Below are positions 53,835-64,000 of a stretch of DNA of 64,000 bases, one piece after another. Position 1 is the first letter of the stretch, and the number at the start of each line of letters is the position of its first letter. Location: assembly GCA_964057225.1 (NCBI GenBank), contig OZ059897.1, forward strand, positions 6,324,001-6,388,000. Reading direction: 5' to 3'. Under the pieces are notes generated by a model. It did no database searches, was not told the DNA's origin, and saw only the letters and a list, made by a program, of their open reading frames with translations. The translations under genes and the position numbers were made by a program. Origin of the DNA: Auanema rhodensis (taxonomy: Eukaryota; Animalia; Nematoda).

Positions 53835-56800
53835 ATGGCTGGTACAAAGAGAACAAGTAGAATCCTTTCTCTGTACGATGATGATGATGAAGATGATCGC
53901 TTAACTGAAGCACCACCAACGAAAAAACTTAATGGTGAGATCTATTTATTTCTCTAAAATTTAAAACCCATATACTATATAGAGAATACATCTACGGATA
54001 GTAAAAAGTCTTGTTCATCATCTTCTGACTCCCCTGTTGTAAGTAATCAGAATGAAAAATCGGCTTCTGATGTACCTGAAGTCGTTGAAAATTTTAATTT
54101 GACTGGAATAGGTGACGGTGTCTTGATCTTCAGATATGATAGTTTCTGTTTAGAGGTCTCTGGAAGTGGTATGAGGCAGGGACAACGGATAGATATGCAA
54201 GATTCTCAAATAGAATTGAAAGTGTTTGATCTGAATAAGCCATTCATGTAAGATTTAGAAAAAATATTTTTTACTTTTGTGTTTTTCAGTAAAAGATCCG
54301 CATTGTTTGCTATCTTTGATGGTCATTCAGGAAGCCGAGCTTCGAAATATTGTGGAGAAGTTTTACCCGATTTGTTGAGAAAGCAATTGGCACCTTGTAA
54401 GATAATACAAAGATATAGAGTTAATGTGAAGTTTTAGATAACGATATGAGCAGTTTAGAAAAGGCATTGAAAAGGACTTTCATCGAAGTTTACAAAATGA
54501 TTGATGATAATTTTTTAGCAGACGCCCGAAAAGAGTAATTACTTCAATTTTTTTGTTCTAATTCTTCTTTTTTAGAAAACCTGTGTGGAAAGATGGTAGT
54601 ACAGCTAGTACGGTTTTAATTTTGAATAATTCTGTATATGTTGCAAATGTTGGTGACAGTCGGGTACTAGTATATTTAAATAAGCCGGTTTCATTTTTCA
54701 TGTTTTAGGTTATTGTTTGTAGAGAAAAGCCCGAAATTAAAGATTTTGCCGCCATTCAATTGACAAGTGATCATAGTCCTTCTGTGTATGAGGAAAGAGT
54801 GAGGATACAAAAATGTGGTGGACATGTCAAGTATGTATTTGTGTAATTTGAGTTTCTGTGTGATTATTTCATTCGAATTGAAATAAAATTGAAATATTTA
54901 TGATATTCTTTCAGGGATGGCAGAGTAAATGGGATTATCGAAGTATCCCGGTCAATAGGTGATGGTCATTTCAAATCTCTAGGAGTTATATGTACACCCG
55001 ACATGAAAAAGTTGACTTTAACAGACAATGATAGGTGAGTGAGTACATGATATCATTAGTTCATAGAATAAGGAAACACTGTAGTTTCTAGAAAATACAC
55101 GTAGAAAGGAGATATAGTATATAAGTATCACATCCAAAAGATGTCGTCCAATTCAAACTGAGCTATGCTAACTAAATTTTTAACGATTTCAAATATGATT
55201 GCCCTCCACTTCGGAGATAGATTCTGGCATTTTTGTGCCGTTCGTTTCCGGTAAGAACACTTGACATGCAACTGCTGCTAAAAGTGATAATATACAAAAT
55301 GGGATGACCATAGTGAGTCGACCATATGTGTCAACCTGAAATAAGTGTTCTCGGGTTTTATCTTGTAGATTTAACATACCAGCCACAGGGCAACGCAAGA
55401 TGAAGTAATAGCTCCTATTCTTGCAACAGTTGAACAGCAACCAACAGCTGTATTTCGGAGGACTGTGGGAAACAGTTCTGATGTGTACGTATACATGACA
55501 GTATATGCAACCGTTACTGCTCCTTTGGCAACCATGGTTTGACAAATGGCAATGTACAGGGATACTAAGAAAGAAAAGTACATTTCTCTATTGTTGAACT
55601 ATAAGTCTTACTTCCTTCCCCAAGAATCCAATTGGTAATAAGACACAATGATGCAGTCAGAAGACCTAACGACACCAATGGTTTTCTTCCAACCTTATCG
55701 ATCAAGCAATATACAAAAATCATAGCCGGAATTTCCATTAATCCACTAAGAGCGAAATTAACATATAAATTTCCTCCACCAATGTCACTTTTCATCGTGA
55801 GCCCGTAGTACATCATTGTTGAAACTGGCCTAATAATTGTTTTTGTTTTTGTTTTTCTATTGATACATTTCCAACTTACCAAATAAAGAAACACGTAAGT
55901 GTTCTCTTACGCATTTCCCTTGTACGAACCAGGTCCAGGACACTAAAACTGCTTGATGTTTGGTTTGCAGAAGAAGTCTGCATTTTTCTCCACCTAGTAA
56001 GAAGAATATAATGTCCAAAGCTTATAGTGGAGTAGTGGCTTACCAGTTTTGTGGTATGTGTGACCCATTCATTTTAGCTGCTTTGTTTAGAATATAATCA
56101 GCTTCTTTGAAGCGATTTTCTGATATAAGCCATCTTGCACTCTCTGGTACCAACCTAGATAAGCAATGATTTTGTATTGTTGGTATTTCTTTAAATGTTT
56201 ACCACCAGTAGCTTAGGAATAATATGGACGGAATCGAAAACGCTAAGTGCAATAATCTGTAGTCATGGATGTAATAAGCAATAACAGATAGTATTATCTG
56301 GAACGCAGCTAGTTATTATAATAAGAATTTTATACTGGATTTTGATAGTCGATATACTCATGTATACAATGCGAATATCCTATAACTGACCTCTCCAAAA
56401 GCATAGAATGATCCAGCTGCTACAGAACCGAGAGCCCGATACTGTCGTCCAACGAGTTCTGTACCCAATACGACAGCTATGCCGAAAATTCCTGGTTGAG
56501 AAAACCCGGTACCAGCCCTACAGTTATTTGTTCTATTATGAAAACTTGAAATGCTTATTACTTCAGTATGGCAAACAGCCACCAAGTTGGTGCAATACAG
56601 AGCAAAAGGCCACAAACTGTTTGTACCACAATAGCAATATAGAATACCTTCTTGCGTCCAATTCTGATCGCGATGGAATGTATATTTCGATTGAGATAAT
56701 ACGATTCTCACCTGTCGCCCATTATTCCGCAGAAGAAAGATCCAGTCATCTGACCAATATAGTATAAAGACTGAACTGTAGCTTTTATCCAAGAATTATT

Positions 56801-58141
56801 TCCACTCATGTCTTGCTAAAGTTTATTAAACTTTAGATAAGACGAGAATATCTTCAATGTCATACCCGAAAACCTATAGTGAATTGTTCTGTGGAAGTCA
56901 GATTTGAATCAGCCCTTGAAATGAACAAGTTCAAAAATATTTCTATTCAATTGTACTTACGCTTCTTGAATTTGGATGGAAACGAAAGTCCAACTCATAA
57001 CATGCATAGCTACTGTAACTGTCGGAATACAGAGAAGTATAAATTGTATTAATTGATATCTATAAATCAAATAATTAACTACAGATAATTGCAACATACA
57101 ACATACCTTCCAAAACTGTGAACATAATATTCTAAAATATCGTCAAAGCTGTCTAGATGATCTTCTGAATCCGACGAAGAAGATGAATTTTTTCTTGATA
57201 TTCCCAAAACTTCGACATCTCGAGCTGATGCAGGATTAATGGATGGTATGGTTGGCTTCTCATCTTCCTTTCCTGATAGACATGGAGGTGGAAGAGCATA
57301 CACCATGGTTCACTCAAGGCCTGAACTTTGTAAGGAAATGTTCTCTTACTTAATGACAAAAGGTGGAAGGCGGGACTGCTTTTATCCGTTACTCTCGTGT
57401 TCGCCCACTCCTACAGAAGCCTGTTTTTACTTCACGAGTGTCATCATACGACCAATACCAAAAGACATGATATAACGATATGAATTACGTTCATAGTGAT
57501 GATGTCATAATTTCATTGAAAATGTTTCGGCATTAAGGGATACTAAAGGATGTCATTGTGATACATCTGGGATGTTTACTAGCTTATCGAATTTCTAAAC
57601 AATATGACAAACATGATTAATGTTAAACTGATATGTTCTAAATCACGTTAGAACTTTAAAGTTTTATTTCATTGATTATCATATCATTGTTTAGGGATGA
57701 TGAGGTTGAAGAATTTTAACTATTAGAGTTTTTCAGATTTCTTGTAGCTGCATGCGATGGGTTGTGGAAAGTTTTTTCAAATGAGGAAGCAATTAAATAT
57801 GTAAATGAGAATTTGGATTCCAAAGAAGAGGAAGAACATGTAAGTGTTCTTTTTTTTAAATTTTTTATCCAAACGTAGTAGTTTGTGTGAGACTTCCACA
57901 CCTTCTTCTGGTTATGATGATTGTTATTCTTAGTAAACTCTTGATAGCTAGTTATATTAACCGATCAAATTTATCTGTTTTTCTCTTCTTACAGGTTTTA
58001 GATGATTCTCAAAGATCGTCGGACCCTGAAAATGCAAAATGGAATATTCTAGCTAGTAAATTTGCCGCAGAAGCTGTTCGTCGGAAATGCGGTGATAATG
58101 TATCTGTAGTTCTTGTGAAGTTATCAAAGCTTGCGGAATAA
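53835..58141 (+). CDS. ILKAP: ILKAP-type PP2C phosphatase
   Basis: SLYDD near N-terminus; GQRIDMQDS; FAIFDGHSG; WKDGSTA; YVANVGDSR; [17 protein letters not shown]; ACDGLWKVF; GDNVSVVLV. 2.7-kb intron at 55035-57736. Confidence 0.92.
55189..57306 (-). CDS. SLC22/MFS organic cation-anion transporter, nested antisense in the ILKAP intron
   Basis: [16 protein letters not shown]; GDRIGRKK; ELVGRQYR; VPESARWL; YYGLT; IDKVGRK; [18 protein letters not shown]; [15 protein letters not shown]. Confidence 0.93.
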
Positions 58142-59239
58142 ATTTTAGTTTTATAATTCAGTTTTTCTAACCAAATTTTCCAAATTCCTTTGTGGAGCTA
58201 ATATTTTAAAATCATAATATATATTTGATGGTCATGTGATCATTATCCAGATTTTATATAAGAGAAGAATATTGTTTATTTTTCCAGCACCAGGAAGTCT
58301 CCTACAAAATAAGTTCATGCATATACTATACAATCAATGTACTTTGTTTTCAAAAAATAATCATAAACATTATAATTGTAGGCGGAAAAACATTTTAGAG
58401 AAACTCCCGAGCTATTTTTGGTCGAACTTTGGCCTTGTATCAAAATAACTACTTTATTTTAATAATACGTTTACTTAATCAAATAGTGTTTTATAGTTAA
58501 ATTTTAAAAACTTTATGTGAGAACTGTTTTCAATTTAAGAAAAATGAAGAATATGTACTAGTCAGACGTAGTAAAACCTGTTTCTAACTTTTCAATAATT
58601 ATATTATATTGTATAATTTTCTTCTTAACGAAGTTTTTTTAGCATTGGAATTAAAATAAAATAATCATAAGATTAAGTCCATATTGGGTTCATTCTCAGT
58701 GGAACGGCAAAACGTTATTGTAAGACTGAGCTTATTTCAACAATCATCGCAGTGATACGGTACAAATCTTTGAACTTCAATGCGTTATAGTGTGATATCA
58801 TCTGTCTACAGAACCGGAAGAACAACGACGACCATGTGGCTTTAGGCAGAATGTTTTGACCTTCTTATTAGTCAAGTAACAATGTGGTGTTAAAGAATCT
58901 TTGGTATTGTTTGAAATCGTAGTTTACGAAACTAATACCTACAATAGAATATTAGTCATAGTATGATAGTATTCACACCTAATTCTCTGAATTTCTTCAT
59001 TGCCATATATTACCTTCATCGTATTTATTCCGATCATATGGAATAAAAGATCACAAATATCAAATATTGAAAAGATTATCACTCTTAATCAGTCGTTCGA
59101 TGATATTCTTGAAATATTCTTGTTTATTCATGTTTCAGTGTTAGCGTCCATGCATAGCTTGCTTACGTGAACTTTCACGTTTTTCATTATTGAAGTATGC
59201 TTTTTTCTTAATTTTCAATGTTTTTGTTGTTTTTGTATG

Positions 59240-59319
59240 TTATTATTATTATTATTATTATTATTGTTATTATTATTATTATTATTATTATTGTTATTAT
59301 TATTATTATTATTATTATT
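59240..59319. repeat. (TTA)n microsatellite with TTG interruptions
   Basis: About 26 triplet units read directly. Confidence 0.9.
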
Positions 59320-59699
59320 GCAATTGCAAATGAACAATTTATCTATTTTCTATCTGTAAAACATTAACGTGTTGAACGAATAAAATCCTAAAAATATAAG
59401 TAGGACTAGGACGCGAAAAACTTATATTTGAAGACTGGTGACTTTTTGAGTGCAAGCCATATCTTTACCTAGTCAGGATTTTTTAACAAGTGACAGGTTC
59501 TTATGTTATCACAAAAAAAAGCTTACTCATCTCTTGTTCTTTATAGTATGAATTAATTATCTTTTATCAACTGAAAATTTGATTCATGATGGAGTATTAT
59601 TACTGCATTATATAGACCAAAGAATAAATTACGGAAAAGTTCATTCATTTCTATTTATGAAAATTAATTTACATTTTTAATGGCATTATATGAAATTAT

Positions 59700-60577
59700 T
59701 TAGTAAATCTTTCTCTTTTCTGATTTTTGGAGGGATACAACAAAAGAGTGGAAAATAAGAAATTGAGCGGAAAAATATGAGTTGAGGATCAAAAACTCAG
59801 CGAATGGGATATTGTGACCTGTATGATGGAAGATTAATAAGCTGTCAGATATGAAGAAGAGGAGGAAACCCAATGCACGTTTGAAAAGAGCCTGGAATTT
59901 CAAGAATTCTGAAGACGACACTGTCGAAAATTACCTGATCGTTTAATTTCTTGGGTTGATCTAAATATTGAGATATAGCGATAATAACACTGAACATGAG
60001 CACAGCAGAGTAGACCGATAAAATAATAACAGGAATGGTATGTTGTGCTAACATAGGAAGTAAGCATATATGGCTAGCAATAGCTCCCCAAATAACCATA
60101 ACTACTGTTGTAGGAATATGTACTTGGAGATTTTTGAAGTAACAATACTAAAATTTGAATTATTGATTAATTTAATGAAAAGAACATACGATATAAAACA
60201 AATGTCCGATTCCAAAAGAAATAGCTCCAGTAATAATGCCATCTTGGCTTACTCCAATGAGGTAATCCCCAAGTGCACCAAAAGTGAGACCAGCTGAAAT
60301 AACATTGTAAGAAAGTTAAAACTTCATTGAGAATTACCTCCAACAAGTAAGAATTCACGTCTCTTAGATGTATAACTATACAAAAAGGATACTAATCCAA
60401 GGAATAGAACAGGAGTTGTTTTCCTTAAAGCAATAACTCAAAATTAATAGTTTTAAAGAAAAATTACCATAACGGATAAGTTGGAGTGTGAAATTTAATA
60501 TATCCACCGGATTCATTATAAAAATTCAGAACTAGTAAAGCATATATCGCGCCAACTGATATAACAAAACCCGACAT
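59700..60577 (-). CDS. TMEM86: Lysoplasmalogenase-like, TMEM86/YhhN family
   Basis: WKTTPVLFL; GLTFGALGDYLI; GAISFGIGHLFY; GFLLFFISDSLL; LILNSYFSAQFLI. Confidence 0.9.
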
Positions 60578-60707
60578 GGCAACTACAATTTTTAAAAAAT
60601 TAATCGAATTAAAATGCTACACATGCAATCATGTAGTAATATAACATATGTAGAATATAAGAAAGAAATATTTTTAATAATATAGAACTGGTTAAGCAAA
60701 AGCAAAG

Positions 60708-60831
60708 TTTGAGCGCTTGTTAAACTCTCATCAAAAGAAGTTTGCCCGATCTCGGAGAAGCGATGGGAGGCGGAGCAGCACGTGCTAGGCCCAGGCACAC
60801 AAACGAAGTGTAGCATGCTCGTATTGAGCGA
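60708..60831. ncRNA. Unassigned GC-rich hairpin-forming element (candidate ncRNA or cis-element)
   Basis: About 120-nt GC island between the exostosin and TMEM86 genes, with several consecutive stem-loops. Confidence 0.35.
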
Positions 60832-61119
60832 AAAGAAAAGAAAGTATAAAAGAAAATGTTATGTTTTTGGCATATTAATACACAGAGAAACGTCTAACTG
60901 ATTTTGTATTCCAATAATGTAATTCTCTTCTGGAGTATGACACGAACGATTACTAGAGTATTTGATAAAGCATCAACAAGAGTCTAGTTTGATCAGTTGT
61001 ATAACTCCCCATTACATTTCATCAAAAAATATCTCAATTTTTGAAAATTTTAAATATATCGAGAGAGGAAACGAAGATTTGAAAGTTGAAAAAAAGAAAA
61101 AAACAAACCTATGTTCACA

Positions 61120-63411
61120 TTATTGCTCGAGTAAACTAGTTTCTAGTACATTTTGAATACAACGTGTCTCAGATAAGAACAAGAGCCGACCCTGAAAATG
61201 ATAAAATACAACCTATTAAAGAAAAGTTGATAATTGCATTTCAATAAACCGGAGTTAGAAGTTAAACTTTCTTCGGTATACTATCACAATGGATGTTTAC
61301 AAAAAAAAATGGAGCAAAGTTCACAAATCATGGATTCTAACCTGAACGATGATCAATGTCTATGTTCTTTTCGTAGACTTCAATTCTTCTCAAATTTTTG
61401 GCTAAGTGGTCAAAGTTCTTGTATATATTAATCCGCAGATTTGTTAGAAAAAGTAAATAAAACTTAAATAATAATATTGTTTTCATTAATAAGTTATAGT
61501 TGAAATACCCTATGAACAAATAAAAATGGATTGCAAGATGGATCACTTCTAAGTTCAACTAAGCTTTCTGGATTTGTCTTCCAAATCTGAATGTGAGATT
61601 AGATACATAAACTTTTAAAGAAATATCTAATACTCACATTAAATGTTTTTCTTAATGATGTTTCTAATACATCACAGGGTTTATCTTTGACTAAAATAAT
61701 TGACTCGGAACTCATGTGGAGTAAGAGATCCCGAAGTTGAGCCCAGGAGGACACGCCTAACCTAACTGATACACGAGCACCACAATCGAAAGCTTGAGCT
61801 GAAAACAAAACACGTTAGTTTTACACTGTTAATAGATTCTAACCATCGGGTGGATCGTCCGATGAAACCCATATAACATTCATCGAACTTAGCTCCTCAA
61901 AGGAACAATAGGAATTGAAAAACTGAGCGTCTTCTATATTTTCAGATATTTGAATTATATTTGTGGTATTTGATAACGATACATGGGATACGAGCGGCTT
62001 AATAAGCAAGTACAAAACTGCTAGGCAATACTCTTACACTTACCATTATTTGATTCATTGGTAAAACATATTTTGTAGGCAGAATGCGTCTCTCTAATAT
62101 ACTGTAAGTTTTCTCAGCAACATCTGTAGCTGATGAAAAAAAGTTGGAAAATGTTTCCCGGCCAAATACACCCATTTTCGAAACTTCGGATTGTGTTATG
62201 TCCGAAAGAAGTTCATTAACTCTCGAAAGCATCATAGGTAAAACAGCAATTCTTGAATTATTGAGGTTGGGAATGAAAAAAAAAAAAGAGATATTTACTG
62301 ACCTCCTCCAATCAATTAGCTCCGAAAAAGGTAAAACATGATTAGGCAAAATGATAATGGGAACAGAACCGGAACTGAGACTAAGAGAAAGAAGTGCTTC
62401 CACATATGGGAAATTTTCGGTAATCATAACATAAACACTTTCCTAAACAAATATGTATAGGCATGTTTCAGTTAAATTGATAAACTTCAACATAATCAAT
62501 TAGAGTTTTCTCCATTAATCGAGATTTTGAATCACATACAGTAAGAAGAGAAGGGGGAGAGCAAGAATAAATAAATATGTGATCCTAGAGCACAAACAGA
62601 GTTTATATGAAGAGCACAACAAAACTAACCTCTATTGAAGCATACTTCTGATGATCAGTAAAAGATGAACTCACGGGAATTAAAACTTTACTAATTTTTG
62701 ATTTCTGTTTATCCGATCTAATACCTTTTGGTAATAAAAAGGGAATAGATATATCAAATTCAGATCGATAAACTGATTTTGGAAGTAAAGATCCTGCTAT
62801 TAGAGGATCTACTCCTTCTGATAATCCCATGAAATTAAAAATTAGAGCATTGTGATATCTGTAATCCATATTTTCAACTTAATGTTAAGCAATTCATCGT
62901 ACTTCTCACGCACTGCTGATAATAAACCTGCCCAAACATTAGAGTGGAACCTGTTCAAGTTGAGAAAGTCAATACCAGGTATCACAATACAAGCTTCTTC
63001 AACATTGTCAACAGAATATGGAAGGAAAGCTTTTCTGATTTCAAGAAATTCTTTTGAAGGAACAGGAGATATGGTAATACTCTATAACACCTAATAACAT
63101 ATGCTATTTCATATATTTCCTAACCTTCTGCTGAACTTTAATCAGAGGTTCAATGAAAACATTCAACTGTTCATAATTCAGTATACAGCGTTGAAGATCA
63201 AAACACGATGGAAGGCTGCAGTTGCGGTGCAAACTTTAAAAGAGTAATTAGAGAACTAAAGCGTAATGAAAACTTGAAGAAACCTTGGCGAATCAGTTTG
63301 CACATCATCAAACTCTACAAATACTTCATCCTGATTCGTTTCATCATTCCCCAGTTTGAAAATTAAAATAAAGACTATAACTGTAAAGCATAGTAAAATA
63401 GCATTTCTCAT
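61120..63411 (-). CDS. Exostosin-family glycosyltransferase (EXT2-like GT47 domain plus degenerate GT64 domain)
   Basis: Type II anchor; CSLPSCFDLQRC; ACIVIPGIDFLN; NALIFN; YRSEFDISIP; GSVPIIILPNHVLPFSELIDWRR; FFSSATDVAEKTYSILERRILP; IWKTNPESLV. Confidence 0.85.
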
Positions 63412-63653
63412 TCCTGAAGAACAATACCCATTTACTTTTATAAATCATTCGTCAATCATATTAAGCGATATAGAGCAAGAACTCTTATTCATATTTTAAT
63501 AACATTTCCATAAAATCTCAAGAGTATACACAATTTTCATTCGCATTTATACTAAATTATAACTCTAAGGGACCGGTACAGAACGCAAAAAAAAATTTTC
63601 TGCGGAAAACGAAGAAAAGTGGAACTCTATCTATTTCTAAATCACAATACTTC

Positions 63654-63966
63654 TTAATTTCCCTGTAGCACCTGAGCACGGAATTTCTCGGCACATTCTT
63701 CATATTGTTGAACAAGAGAAGAACATTTCAGTATGCGTTCTGGATTGTTTTTCAAACACTCAACGATTTCCTGAAAGATCAAGAGTTAATGATATATGTT
63801 TCGGAAAAAAACTTACTTTTTCGTTATTTTCACAGACATTCTCCCTTTGAAGATTGAAAAAATTCTTTTCTACTCTTTCTACAGTTTCTTCAAAAATCTT
63901 CTTTCTCTCTTCCAGGTCGACAACGAGATCAGAAGAAAATTCTCTTGGTGCATCAGTAGATTTAGC
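63654..63966 (-). CDS. chch-3: MIC19/CHCHD3 homolog, 3' end (partial; begins beyond window)
   Basis: FEETVERVEKNFFNLQRENVCENNEKEIVECLKNNPERILKCSSLVQQYEECAEKFR (twin CX9C). Confidence 0.85.
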
Positions 63967-64000
63967 CTAAAAGTTTAAATAAAATGTTGGTGAGATTAAA

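Noticed and set aside
60707-60736. Hammerhead-like UGAUGA-stem-AAA on the minus strand
   Set aside because: Lacks the invariant C of CUGAUGA and the G of GAAA; stems I and III not found.
1-64000. Prokaryotic systems, CRISPR arrays, tRNA/rRNA, transposases
   Set aside because: The sequence is intron-rich nematode DNA; no repeat-spacer arrays, cloverleafs or transposase/RT motifs were seen by eye.

Overview
AT-rich (about 30% GC by eye) eukaryotic DNA from a rhabditid-type nematode, with many very short introns (about 40-50 nt) and TTTCAG/TTTAG acceptors. Most entries in the ORF track are exon fragments or noise, so I assembled gene models by hand across GT-AG junctions; ends are approximate where stated. 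The first 14 kb is gene-poor and microsatellite-rich. It holds the 3' end of a C2H2 zinc-finger gene and a long-intron gene for a small single-pass membrane protein. The rest is gene-dense: efr-3, cblc-1/MMACHC, mdt-4/MED4, a rhodopsin-type GPCR, a BRI3/LITAF-like gene, a small secreted Gly/Tyr-rich peptide, a Castor-type zinc-finger gene, a NUDT8-like hydrolase, zyg-12/Hook, try-1, LRRC57, epg-5, ZCCHC4, sdhd-1, ILKAP (with an SLC22 transporter nested antisense in one intron), TMEM86, an exostosin-family gene and the 3' end of chch-3. The most notable observations are: (1) a GC-rich efr-3 leader that base-pairs across an intron, with a single in-frame UAG at the splice junction; (2) an EXT2-like gene with a degenerate DXD motif; (3) alternative soluble and TM+KASH-like ends of zyg-12; (4) a nested antisense gene; (5) an amidated peptide precursor resembling antimicrobial peptides; (6) two candidate structured ncRNAs; (7) an orphan spliced ORF; and (8) frequent AAG splice acceptors. 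I recognised no CRISPR array, rRNA, tRNA or transposase.
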